Positions 39,292 through 52,885 of a DNA stretch of 64,000 nt are shown here, piece after piece. Each line of letters begins with the position of its first letter. The first letter of the stretch is position 1. Where the stretch lies: positions 124,560,001 through 124,624,000 of the forward strand of contig NC_058368.1 of assembly GCF_018350175.1 (NCBI RefSeq), given 5' to 3'. The notes under the pieces are model-generated. The model saw only the letters and a program-made list of their open reading frames with translations, was not told the origin of the DNA and searched no databases. This stretch comes from Felis catus (lineage: Eukaryota). Made by a program: the position numbers and the translations under genes.

Positions 39292-39490
39292 GGGGTGTCT
39301 GGGTGGCTCAGTCAGTTAAGCATCTGACATTGGCTCTGGTCATGATCTCACGCCCTGCATCAGCACACAGCCTGGAGCCTGCTTCGGATTCGGTGTCTCC
39401 CCCTCTCTGCCCCTCCCCTCCTCATTTGTTCTCTCTCTCCCTCTCTCAAAAATAAATGAACATTAAAAAAATAGGTAAATAAAAATAAAA
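39292..39490 (+). mobile_element. Can-SINE with internal deletion
   Basis: GGGGTGTCTGGGTGGCTCAGTCAGTTAAGC; TSD AAAAGAATTTGTAT/AAAAGAATTGGTAT. Confidence 0.95.
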
Positions 39491-39524
39491 AGAATTGGTA
39501 TGTAAGGTGAAATAGTAAAAATAA

Positions 39525-39745
39525 CATTGCCAACAGCTAACATTCATTGAGTGCCTACCAAATACCAGACATTGCTCTAAATTTTTTCACATATAAACCC
39601 ATTTCTTCCTGATAACCACCCTATGAGATAGGCACTGACAGAATTCACATTTTTTAGATGAGGACACTGAAGCACAGGCATTCAGTGAAGATGGTGAGGA
39701 ACTGGCATTTGAACCCAGGCCATGTGGTTCCAGACCCATGATCAT
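39525..39745 (-). mobile_element. MIR SINE
   Basis: CAGCTAACATTCATTGAGTGCCTAC, AACCACCCTATGAGATAGG, AGATGAGGACACTGAAGCACAG, ATTTGAACCCAGGC. Confidence 0.85.
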
Positions 39746-41548
39746 TGATCTCCTAAAGTGTTCATCTACCTTGGGTTGAATTGATCATATATAATAAACA
39801 GGCAGAACAAGAGCCAGTGGGGGAGGTGTTGCAGAGTCAAGTTGCATCAACATAAAACATAACTGTTTTTAACAATTACATTAGTCTAATAATGACATCA
39901 TAGTCACCTGCAATATTGAGTGCCTTATAATTGGAGACATCTGAGCAAAGTTATGTAGCTAACTGTTATAATTGTTGTACAATGGATTGCATAAAGGAGA
40001 GGGTGGGTTGGATGACGGCATCTCAACTTCCCATCTGGTTCTGAAATTCAAGAATTCCTTGACTTAAGCAGTGCCAGTAAAACTAGAAGGAATCCAAAAG
40101 TGATATCCTTCCTCATTCTTTCTTTTTTACCATCTCCCTTAGCCTCCAGCATTGTCAAGCACAAAGAATGTCCAGGATTTGAATAAATCACACTGAATTT
40201 TAAAAATAGACACTCAATAGATGGCATATAAAGCTCCAAAATATAAACAGTAGTCTTGAAAAGACTACTGAGTTCTATAAAACCATTGTTCTTTAATTGT
40301 CTGAGCAGACTTATTCTACTTCTTATTATCACTTTCTGGGAAAAGGAAAAAAGTTACAGCAATAGTAAAAGATAGGTAAGTTTGTTAGCTGTTAATGACG
40401 TTGACAATATCTTCAAACATTAACTCTCTCTTTGTCTCTCCCAGGAATGGTATGCTTTGCAAGGCAAGCATCTTTTTCTGGAATGTGACCTTGGCCATTC
40501 CTAGCAGCAGCAGAGAAAAATGCCATCCCTATGAGGTTACCATTTACTAATGGGAAACAGAATAAATGGCAGGTGCCAAATAATTTCAGATGAAAACTCA
40601 CATATGCCAAATGCTAAGGAATCTTCTAATATACTGTCATTCCGTCCAAGATTTTTACCTAAAAAATTTTTCTATGCTTCTGAAAGTCTGTGTATTACAC
40701 TCTAAGCCAGGTATGAATGGCCTGTGTCATTTTTGCATAGGTCTAAAGACTTCCTGTTTAAGGCAAAGCATGACTCTCCCCCTTGGACTAGCCTCAATGC
40801 AGACTATAGATTTACCTCCTGAAACGTAAGAGGACAAAACTCAAAGAGGAGTACCTTCGTGTTGACTGTCCAGTGTACTTGAGAGAACTGGTCACTAGAA
40901 TCGGCTTTAGTCCGAACTCCACGACTGAACCAAAATGTATGACCTTAGACAAATCACTTATGACCTTACCATCTTTGTCTCTTATTTTTTGATATCTGAA
41001 GTGGAACAAGTAATCTTTGATCCTGGCAAAATCACCAAAAATAAGGATAAAAGATAGTTCAGTAATATATGAAGGCTGATTAGCACTATAGCCATTACAG
41101 AAAAGCAAGGGCAACAGAGCATTCTTTCAAAGGTGCCTCTAGTGAGTCCACAGTAGGTGTAGTTACAACCAATACTTGCTATTGCTTACACAGGAAAGGA
41201 CAAGACCCATCCTTGGATTTCAATATACTACACTATTTACACACTTAATATCCATGTTTGGGTGACTATGAGAAATATATGTATAATTCCATTGAGGGGG
41301 GAGTTTATGCTTTCTTCTAATATTTTTCCAAATATATGCCCCGGGAAAGATTTAACAAATGGGTATAGAAGGAGGTAGCAATCTTCTATTTAATCAATAT
41401 GTAAACCTAAACAATTTTAAATGTAATACTGTTCTGAATGTTGAATTATGGATCTTAAAAAAATTTGGAGGGATTACCAGAAAGATGGTGGAGAAACATG
41501 TCTCCTGATCAAAAAAAAAAAATTATGAGTTAATACATGATAATAATA

Positions 41549-41770
41549 GGGGTGCGTGGGTGGCTCGGTCAGTTGGGCATCTGACTTCAGCTCAGATCAT
41601 GATCTCGTGGTCCATGGGCTCTGGCTCCGCATTGGGCTCTGTGCTGACAGCTCAGAGCCTGGAGCCTGCTTCGGATTCTGTGTTTCCCTCTTTCTTTCTG
41701 TCCCTCCCCCGCTTGTGCTCTGTCTCTCTCTCTCTCAAAAATAAATAAACAAAAGAAAAATTTTTTAAAT
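41549..41770 (+). mobile_element. Can-SINE
   Basis: GGGGTGCGTGGGTGGCTCGGTCAG...GCTGACAGCTCAGAGCCTGGAGCCTGCTTCGGATTCTGTG; TSD ATACATGATAATAATA/ATATATGGTAATAATA. Confidence 0.95.
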
Positions 41771-42484
41771 ATATGGTAATAATAAGAAGAAGAAGAATGA
41801 AGCTAACATTTCTGAGTACTTATGTGTGCCTTTTACTATTCTAAGCACTTTATTCACTCATTTATTTCTCATACTAACCTTCAAAGGTAGGTAACATTAT
41901 TACCACCATTTTATAATTAGTAAATGGAGGCCACAATCATCCTCGTCTTGCTCTTGTCAACAATCATCCCTCATACGATCATCCCTCATAAGATCAGCCT
42001 GTGAGATATGCATTATACATCCTCTATGTGGTTGGTTAAGGAAAATGAGGTTCAGCAAAGTTAGAGTTGCAGGATTGACAAAATCAGAATGTGACTATAA
42101 TGTTCTAACTTGGAGAACTGTTCTTCTGCATTCAGATGCCTCACATTTAAGCCACAATCATATGCTAGAAATCCTTGTCTAAAACCTTGCTGACATTAGA
42201 TATTCTCTAATGCATCACTTAGTGCCTTGATCACACTCTCATCTTGATAGGTCAGTCACATCTGTCAGTCACAGGGCCAAGATTAGGTACTTTTTGAGAC
42301 ACCCTGTCACTTCCCCCTTTCTTTTCAAGTATCCAGGCACTATTGAGCCCTGAATTGTCCAAGATTAATGTCCAGTTATTCTTCTGAAATAAGAATAGCC
42401 ATTTTCTTATTTGAGCCATCTAAAATAAATTTCAAAGAAGTGACTAAAGTGTTATACTGACAAACTGCTACTGTAACGTGTTTC

Positions 42485-42491
42485 TTTCTGT

Positions 42492-42547
<56 letters not shown>
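42485..42547. repeat. (TTTC)n microsatellite
   Basis: Directly visible. Confidence 0.95.
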
Positions 42548-42629
42548 ATAGATTTTGTTAACTGATCAAAGGTTGACACCCTTTTCAGGCCCTCTGATCC
42601 AATCTATTCATGTTCCTTGGTTTTCTACT

Positions 42630-45000
42630 AGACTAATAAGAAAACAAGTTATGTCAACAGATTTGATAACCTAGATGAAATTGAACAATTCCTTGAAAGA
42701 CACAATTTGCCAAAACTCACATAAGAAGGAGACAATCCATATAAACCTATATCTATTAAAGAAATTGAATCAATAATTAATCAACTCCCAACACAGAAAG
42801 CACTAGGACAAGATGGATTCACTAGTAAATTCTACCACATATTTAAGGAAAAGATTATACCAATTCTCTACAATCTCTTTCAGAGGATAAAAGCAGAAAG
42901 AATACTTCTGAACTCATTCTATAAGGCCACAATTACCCTAATACCAGAATCAGACAAAGGCATTATAAGAAAAAAAATTACAGAACATTATCTCTCATGA
43001 ACAAAGATGTAAAAATACTCAACAAATTGTTAGTTAATCAAATACAAAAAATATATAAAGGAATTATATACCACAACCAAGTAGGACATAGCCCAAGTAT
43101 TCAGGACTGATTCAACATTACAAAATCAATTAATATCATCCATAATATCGACAGACTAAAAAAGAAAAATCATATGATAATATCAATAGATAAAGAAAAA
43201 GCACTTGACAATACCCAATACCCATTCATGATAAAAACTCTCAGTAAACTAGGAATAGTGAGTAACTTTCTCAACTTGATAAAGAATATTTACAGAAAAC
43301 CCTTCAACTAATATTATACTTAAAGGTGAGAAACTCAAAGCTTTCTCACTAACATTAGGATGAAGATAAGAATGTCCCCTTTCACCACTGCTTTTCAATA
43401 TTGAACTAGAAGTCCTAGCTAATGCAATAACACAATAAAAGGAACTAAAAGGTACAGATTGGGAAGGCAGAAAAAAATTATACACAGGTGACACAATAGT
43501 CTATATAGAAAATCTGAAAGAACTGACAAAAAAAACCCCACAAAAACATAAAATAAAACCTGCTGGAACTAAAAGAAATGATAGCAAGGTTGCAGGATAC
43601 AAGGTTAATATACAAAAGTCAAATGCTTTCTTATAGACCACCAGTGAAAAAGTGGATATTAAAATGAAAAACATGATACCATTTACATTAGCATCCCCCA
43701 AAATGAAATGCTTAGGTATAAACCTAATAAAAATAAAATAAGTAACTAAATGTAGATATTTTCCATGTTCATGGACAGGAAGATTCAATATTGTCAAGAT
43801 ATCATTTGTTCATAACTTGATCTATAAATTCAATACAATCACAATCAAAATCCCAGAAAATTCTTTTATAAATATTGAAAAAGTGAATCTAAGATTTCTA
43901 TGGAGAGGCAAAAGACCCATAATAGACAACACAATATTGAAAAAGAGGAACAAAACTGGAAGATTGGTACTACCTGACTTCAACACAAATTATAAAGGAA
44001 CAGCAATCGAGATACTGTGGTACTGGTAAAAGATTAGACAAATAGATCACTGGAATATAATAGAGAGCCTAAAAATAGACCTACATAAATATAGTCAACT
44101 AATCTTTGACAAAGGAGAAAAGATAGGTCTTTTCAACAAACGATGCTGGCACAAGTGAATATGCACGTGTTAAAAACAATTAATGTAGAGACAGAACTTA
44201 AACTCTTTAAAAAAATTAATTCAAGTCTCATTCATTGCTGGTGGGAAGGTCAAATGATATACCTACTTTGGAAGACAGTTTGCCAGTTTCTAAGAAAACT
44301 GAACAGACCCTTCCCATACAATCCAGCAATTGCACTCCTTGGTATTTACCTAAAGGAAGTTGAAAATTTATGTTCACACAAAATCTGCACACAGATTTTT
44401 ATGGCAGATTTATTAGTAATGGTCAAAAGTTGAAAGCAACCAAGATGTCCTTCAGGAAGGAAATGGATAAATAACTGTGGTACATCCAGAAAATGGAGAA
44501 TTATTCAACATAAGAAGAAATTATCTATCAACCCTGAAGACATGGAGAAAACTTAAGTGCATATTACTAAATAGAAGCCAATTAGAAAAGGCAAATATAT
44601 GATTCCAACTATATGACATTCTGGAAAAGGCAAAACTATGGAGATGGTAAAAAGATCAGGGGATAGGAATGAGGGAAAAGAAGAACAGAGCACAAAGAAT
44701 TTTTAGCACTGTGGAAATAATCTATTTGATACTATAAAGATGTATACATGTCATTAAACATCCAATTCCATAGAATGACAATGGCAAAAGGGAAATACAA
44801 TATAAACTACAGACTTTGGTTGATTATGATGTACCAGTGTAGGTTCATCAATTGTAACAAATATACCACTGTGGCAAGGGATGTCCATAATAGGGTAGAT
44901 TATGCATCCTGGGGGACAGGGATATATGGCAATCTCTGTACATTTCTCAATCTTACAAACCTAAAAACTGACCAAAAAATAAACCTTTAAAAATATATAT
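42630..45000 (+). mobile_element. Old 5'-truncated L1 (L1MC-like 3' end), degraded ORF2 with internal deletions
   Basis: ORF2 remnants (IYKFNTITIKIP, LPDF, PYNPAIALLGIY); L1MC-type 3' UTR AAACTACAGACTTTGGTTGATTATGATGT...GTAGGTTCATCAATTGTAACAAAT; jump at about 44225. Confidence 0.88.
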
Positions 45001-45873
45001 AATTAATACTCAGAGCCTTGCCAAGTTTCTTCCTTTATTAAAGCTATTAGCTGACCACTATAAATCCCTAAGATAGTCACTGTAATAGGATGTCAGCCTT
45101 AAGGTCATACAGTGCTTGGGAACACTTACATAAAAGCAAAAGAGGAACTCAGCATGAGGCCAGGATGTGGCCACAAAGAGCAGCAATAATCAGGACTTAT
45201 ACAGTTTTACCCATTCAGCTCAAATGTTCTTCATCTGGACTTACTAAAAGTTCATTCAAATAAGTGATTTGATCCAGAATGGAAACCAGGCCTCTTTCCT
45301 TCCAACATTTTTAGTTGGGTGAAATTTATATCCAGTAAGTTTGAGAAGTGCTGCTTACTGAATACCACCTCTTAGAAATTCATCCTGTTAAGAGAGTAAA
45401 GAAACGTTCTGAATTTCAATTGACCTACTAGTTACCAAACATATATGATTATAGATCCTTTATTCTTTGTTAACATTCTGTATATGCAGGTTCTATACAT
45501 CATATTTTGGGAATATTATACTAAAGGCACTTTTGAGTAACTGACAGCCACAATTCCAACTTCTCTAATTTTGCACACATACACCCAATCCTGGAGTCTA
45601 ATTCCACACCCCTTAGTCTGGCTTTTTAAGATTCTCCACAATATTTTCCCATCTAGTTTTGCAACCGCATTTCCCATTATTTCTCTACATGAATTTTCCG
45701 CTCTAACAAAACTCTCTTATTCTTTGTTCCCTAAATAGTCTGTGTCCAATTCTGCCTCCCTATTTATATACATATTCTTTAGGAGGGTCTTGAATTTCAT
45801 TAGAACTGGAGGAGATGTCAGACGTTCTTAATTAGTCATTTAACAAATATTTATTGACTGTTTGCTTTAGCAT

Positions 45874-46440
45874 TGTATCTCCTGGGATGCTTTGTTGCAA
45901 GCAACAGAAATAGGCCCTAGCTAATTTAAGAAGAAGAATTTATTGAAAGGACATTGGGTAACTCAAAGAATTCCTAGGGGGTCTAGGGAATAAGACTTGG
46001 AAACTGTGTAGCCAGGAACACTCCTGTAAATCCACTGCACAATACATCCAGGGAAGATAGCATACTTGCTACCCTGTGCCCAGACACTATAGCTTGCACT
46101 ACCAGCACCAGCAGCACTGGTTGACGGATGTCAATGCTAGAGTCAATGACTCTGCCACCTCTGGGGACTGGAGTAGCTGCTTCTGTGTCCAACACCCATT
46201 GCCAGCACGGGTTTTGCATGTTCTCTTCTTCCGACCAACAGCAGATTCAAGGACCATCTGATGAATGGAACCTGGACATTTGTCCATGTCCTAACCGCAA
46301 AGAAGACTGGAAAATCTGATGTCTGGAATTTTCATCTTCAATAGGAGGACCTGAGCTCTGCCTTATAAGATAAGGGATTCCCCAAAGAGAGGAAGAATCT
46401 GTAGATGCTGGGTGGTCAAAAAGAATGACAATTTAGCTAT
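45874..46440 (-). mobile_element. Old MLT1 (K/L-like) MaLR LTR
   Basis: GGATGCTTTGTTGCAAGCAACAGAAA...CTAGCTAATTTAAG...AATTTATTGAAAGG. Confidence 0.6.
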
Positions 46441-46933
46441 TGTTATATGATGGATTACTGGGAAACACCAAAGAAAGAGTTTCTTCCCATATGCTCTAAA
46501 GGAGTTTACCTAAGTGGACAAGAAAAATATGAGATGATCAGAAAATCACATGATTTAAAAAAACATAATAAATAGGACTGCTTAATTAAGAAATACTAAG
46601 ATGATGCTGAACATTAACCAATAGAATTTGAGAAACATGTATTTGTACTTTATAGCTCCAAGCCCTTGTTTTCCCAACAGATATTTTTCTAGAGCAAAAT
46701 TTATGTAAACAAGCTCTGTTTCCACCTGGAATATTTCCACACATCCTCCCAGCTCCATTTTCCAAGTGTATCTGCACAAAGACGAGCTCCTTGGTCACCA
46801 ACAGGATGCATGATTCTCATAACTGAACCCTTTATAAATATATATATATATATTGGGTTAAGCAGAAATACCAACTCTATTTCCCTCCCCTGAGAAGACA
46901 GACCTTAAGCTGATGAATCAGAAAACAGTGGCA

Positions 46934-47085
46934 GAGGAGCACCTGGGTGGCTCAATCGGTTAAGCATCCGACTCTTTATTTCAGCTCAGGTCATGATCTC
47001 ACAAACCATGACATTGAGCCCTGCATCAGGGTCTGCATTGAAAGCACAGAGTCTGCTTGGGATTCTCTCTCTCTCCTTCTCTCAA

Positions 47086-47116
<31 letters not shown>

Positions 47117-47258
47117 CAAAATAAATAAATAAACATTAAAAAGAAGGAGGAGAAGAAGAAGAAGAAGAAGAAGAAGAAGAAGAAGAAGAAGAAACAGCAA
47201 GAGAAGAAGGAGAAGGAGGAGGACGAGGAGGGGGAGGAGAAGAAGAAGGAGAAGAAGA
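46934..47258 (+). mobile_element. Can-SINE with a (GAA/GGA)n-expanded tail
   Basis: GCACCTGGGTGGCTCAATCGGTTAAGC head; TSD AGAAAACAGTGGCA at 46920-46933 and 47259-47272. Confidence 0.95.
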
Positions 47259-48249
47259 AGAAAACAGTGGCATAAACTTGGAAATGGATGTAGGTTCTTG
47301 ACCTGTAGTTAGACAGGATGAAAATGTGCCTAGAGTCCTGAGAAATCCAACACCACTCTTCTGCATTGTGCTTTTACCTCCTTTCCTAAGGAAGGGCAGT
47401 GCTAGGCTGCACTGGGGAAAAACTGCCATGCAGAGCCCAGAGTTGAGTGTTTTTCCAGTGCTGGGTCAAGGTCACTGCTGTACAGAGCATTTGGAGCTCT
47501 GTTCTAGCAGTTAGCCAGTGGCCACTCTGAATTAACAATGGAAGCCATGTAGGCAGAACTGGGGGGTGAGGGGGAATGGGCCATTTAACTGCTTATGGGA
47601 CATCCAAAAGCAGTAGTCAGGGCCTCCACCCAGTCCCCAGGGCTTGCTGCTCTTCCACTTTTCTTTTTGATGCCATGCAGCCCTCTCTACCTCACATCCT
47701 TCACTTTCCTAGGAGTCAATCTGGCTTTCAGAAAGAGGGTGAAAGTGAAAACAAAAACAGAGATAAGGAATTAGGTGACACCTTCACTCCTTCGAAAGGG
47801 GAAGGCTTGTGCAATATGACAGAAAGAAAATTGACTCAACAGCTTTCTCCAGTTACTAGCTGGGTAACATATGGCAAGTTGCTCTTTCTCCATTGCAACA
47901 TCAGGAAAACAGGATTATGTGAGACAACTAGTATAATATTACAACCAAATGTAAAGAGCACTAGTTATCCCTCTACCTACAACTAGGTTAGTTCAAATAC
48001 TATTTATGTTCTTCTGTACTAAACGACACTTGGGAGTGATTGCAGCTTAAGCTGCTGGTGTTGAACAGTTGATGGCCTTTTGCTCTGGCTCTTGGCTTTA
48101 TTTGTACCCTTGACAGTTCTTAAGGACAAGTTCTTCTATGCTCAGGTTAGAGGTTGTGGCCAGAGCACAGCCAGAGCACAGGCAGCAAAAGGAGCCATCT
48201 TATAGTCTCCACTTCTACCCCACATGTTTGGATTCCCTCTTTTCCACAT

Positions 48250-48288
<39 letters not shown>

Positions 48289-48337
48289 CCACCCACTCAT
48301 CCCTGAGAGATACATGCTGATAAAGTAATACCTAATA

Positions 48338-48546
48338 GGGGTGCCTGGGTGGCTCAATCGGTTAAGTGACCAACTTCGGCTCAGGTCATGATCTTGTGGT
48401 TTGTGAGTTCAAGCCCCGCGTTGGGCTCTGTGCTGAAAGCTCAGAGCCTGGAGCCTGCTTCCAATTCTGTGTCTCCCACTCTCTCTGCTCCTCCCTTATT
48501 CATGCTCTGTCTTTCAATAATAAATAAACATTAAAAAAATTTTTTT
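48338..48546 (+). mobile_element. Can-SINE
   Basis: Perfect 15-bp TSD AAGTAATACCTAATA at 48323-48337 and 48547-48561. Confidence 0.97.
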
Positions 48547-48791
48547 AAGTAATACCTAATATTCTAACGTGCATTACTTGAACTTTCAGTGCCTCAGTTG
48601 TGCCAACATCTACAGAATAGAATCATAATGGATCTAACATATAGGGCTATTGTGGGAATAAATAAATTAACACACATAAAGCACGTAGAACAGGACCCAG
48701 CACCAAGCTTTTATTTTACATCATTACCTAATATTATTATGTTCATATATTTAAATGAACATAGTTTTAGGTAGGAACATAGTTGTATATA

Positions 48792-49092
<301 letters not shown>

Positions 49093-52000
49093 GGAAAAGT
49101 TACTGTGTACATGTGTGCCAGGAGCTACATAAACATGGTTTTACTGAGTCCTTAAATTTCAAGTTTGGTACTATTACTCTGACTGATAGTCAGAAAGGTT
49201 AAGTAAGATGTCCAAGAGCTAGAAAGTAGGGAGTTGAGATTCAAACCCAGGTCTTCTGGTCCCTAAACCCCAAAATTGCATGTTTTCTCTCCCCTGGGGA
49301 GCTGCCACCATTACTGAAAATACTCAGAATTCCTCTTTGGTAATTTCCTTCAGAGATCAATGACCTTGTTTCAAATTTTCTTAGCACTGGAAAAACTTCT
49401 TCTTTTGAAAAATAAGTTATCAGAATCTTTCAAAAGTCATTTATTGTTAAGGTGAATGGCCCAACTGGGTCATAATGTTTTGAACTAAAAATAAGGTGTG
49501 GTTAATGCTCTTAGGTGTCTGGTAAATTGACCCTGGAGACAATCCCCAGAGAAAAGTTCTAAAATGTTTCTTAAAAATTCAGTATCACAGGAAAACTGCA
49601 TTTCCCAACCCTCATTTGGTTATTCTGGTTCTGACAAGCTTCTGCAGATGGTTTTTCTTTAACAACTTAGTTGTAACTTCCTGTATGCAGAAGAACATAG
49701 AGTAAGACTGTCATAGCATAATTATGAATAAGGTTTGAGGTCTGTGTTTCCATAGTGATGACCTCCTCTGTGGTCCCTGAAATATTCTTATGTGCCCAGG
49801 CTCCACAAGGCCCAGGACCACCATGGAGGTCAGCATGACAGGGGAAGAGGTACAACATTAAGTATGGCACTTTCTCAAACAACATTTGAGTGAGGTGTTA
49901 TCCCACTTAGTCCTTGTAACAGCCCATTTCACTGGGAGGAAATAGAGGCTCAAAATGGGCCCATAACCTCCTGCATGTCCCACAACTAGTTCAATGGAAC
50001 AGAGGCAGGTGCAGCCCTTATCTCCAGATTCCCCTCCACCCCTACCTGTGGCTGAAGCAGTGTCATATCCAGCTCCACCTCAAGTGCCTCAGTGCTGGGG
50101 CCCTTTAAAGCAGACTAGATTCATGGGCAGAACAGTGTAGGCAAGAATATAATTAAGTAATTATTAAAGCTGTTCAAGGCAGGGCCAGGCCTCCTCGCCC
50201 ACTTGTTCCTGGCTCCAGCAACATGTAAGATACCAAGAGATCATCCCCTTTCTGGAAGTGGTTTACTCACAGGCCTGTACTCCAATTAGATGGCGCCCTT
50301 TGCCACCTCCTCCAGCTTCTAGGGTTTATGCTTCGGAGACTCTGTCCCCACATGCCACTCCTCCAGAAGTAGGTTGCTATGGAGAAGCTGCTGGTTGCAT
50401 TTATGCCCTTGATACAGTAGTACATATTAACTTCAAGCCCAGACAAATTGGTAGATTAGATAGGGAATAGTCCCCTACTCCGATTCCATTTGACTCTGTA
50501 TCTTATTTACCACAGATGCACTAATATAGAGAAATGAGGAAAGAGAGGTGTGGGGGAGAAAGATGGAGAAAAAGGGTAGCCAAGTTTGTATTTAATTAAG
50601 AAAAAAATCACCATTACTCCAAGAAAGAAAATACTGGTAGACAAGAGCACAGCTTCAAAAAGTAAGACGGTCCAAACCATGTTAACAATTAAATTTGTTA
50701 TCTGTCCACATAACCTCGAGATTTTTTACTTGTTCCATTCTACTGGCTCTTTTCACATTATACATGTTATAATTTACCTGTTAAAAGAAGAACTTTTAAG
50801 TCCTGTTAATATGTGACTCTAGGAAACTCTACCAGTAGAGAGAAAACTTCCAACTCCTCAACCACTCTGGGGAACTTGGCTCTCTAAGGAAACATTGTTT
50901 TAAAATCAAGAACAAGCCAGAGATCATCAAGATTAGGTTTCACTCTTTGCTTCCCAAATCCTGATCCCTAATCCATTAAAGCTAATTTTGCTTAATCCCT
51001 TTTCTGTAAACTCTGGGGCTAGAGGCGGGTTTCTCTTAGATGGAAGGAGAATCAGGAAAGGGGTCATGAGGAAGGAAAAAAGGACCCATTTCATGAAGCT
51101 GCCACAAGTATGTTCATGCCAGTGATAGCACGTATGATACAAACATGCTCCTGCATGCAGAATCATCATCTGTATGGGAAGTTGCTTATAAAGATGATGA
51201 CATTTAAAGTTTGGCATCTCAGCAGTTTTTACTTTTGATCTTGGAAAACTGCCCAAAGTAAGTAAGTCATCCACAGTCTGGCTTGCTTGCCATTTTAATA
51301 CTTAAGGGTTGGGGGAGCACTTTGCCTCTTAAGCATGTGGTACCAGCAGCTTACTTTTTCATCTAAGAATCAGCAAAATAGATAGAACCTCAAAATCTGT
51401 GATTTTGCCCAACAACAGGGCAAACTTTGCTACACAGTGACCTTTTTTGATACTTCAAATCCAAGCCTGTAGCAGATTCAGTTTGACAAATTTTAAACCT
51501 CTTAAAATGAAGTCTGAAGCAGAAATTCAATAGGCTCTTAATTACATTTGCCCCGGAGGTAAAATGAACATTGCTCTGTTCCTCATATACCTCCAGTTAA
51601 AGCTGGATTCTCACTGTGTCAGCCATTCAGACTAAGTGGAGGCTGGCTGGCAGCTCAGGTCTCTCTCATTTCCCCTCAGAGGCTCTGAGGGTGGCTGAGG
51701 GCAGAAGGAAAGGGGCCTGGAGTTCTAGAAGAGCAGTTCCAGTGGGAGAATAGGACCCTTTTGTTCTGGGTGGTTGAGGTAGATGACCCTAAGCAGGGGA
51801 GGGAAGCCTAGCAGGCTGGGATCCGTGGACATAGGGAAGTTAGGAGGACTGGAAGGAGACAGAATGAGAACAACTAAATGTATCCTCTGCTCTGGAGGAG
51901 AAAACACAGAAGTGGAAGTAAAGGACATCGCTCCTTGAGGGCAGACAGGCACTGCACATTCGAGCTTGGGGAGTAACACTGCCACTGAGAAGAGAAGCTT

Positions 52001-52611
52001 AGTCTAGATGCAGAGTTTGACCTATGGCTTCAACAATCATGAGGCCAAATAGAGACATTTTAGTGAAAGATAGTATCTTGCTGATACAAAAAGAAGATTT
52101 TAACTTTTTGATGAAACTTAAAGAGAAATTTCCTAAAATTGCCAGACAGCTTTGGCACCAAAAGTATGAAAAACATAGCTTTTGTTTTCCCTCTCAGCCA
52201 GCAGATGTTTGAGAAACCACTCAGTTTTCCCAGATTGAGGTCACCCTATGCCTGCGAAGGGACTTGAACCCAAGATTGGTTGCCTTGTTGATACTATACA
52301 CTCACCACCTAGGGTGAACTGACCATGTGGGAGTAAGGATTCAGACAGAGCTGGCTCCCAGGTGGTTGGGAGCGGGATTGATTTCTGCAGTATGTAATTT
52401 TGTCACTTCAGCAATTGTTCATGGCTGGTATCTGTTCTCATTGGTTAGGATTAGAGCAACACGTGTGGCTGAATACTGTGAATATCATCCCTCATTGAGA
52501 TGTAAAAATCAGGATATGTTATTTATACTTTGGTCATTTCATGTATAAATGGTGATTGTCACATATTTGAAAGTCAGTGCTTAGTTACAGAAACACCAAA
52601 TTCAAAGAAAC

Positions 52612-52885
52612 ACCAAAACAAATTAGTAAGTCCCACTAAACTACACTTATGTGTGTAAGAGAAATTAAATTATATTTACTCAAAGAATGTGGTAATTGCA
52701 GGGGACTTTAATACTCCACTTAAAGTAACGGATAGACCAAATGGATAGATCAATGGATAGACCAAAACAAATTAGTAAGTCCCACTAAACTACATTTATG
52801 TGTGTAAGAGAAATTAAATTATATTTACTCAAAGAATGTGGTAATTGCAGGGGACTTTAATACTCCACTTAAAGCAATGGATAGA
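52612..52885 (+). repeat. Tandem duplication of about 125 bp (period 149) spanning the L1 5' junction
   Basis: 52612-52736 is repeated at 52761-52885 with three mismatches. Confidence 0.95.
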
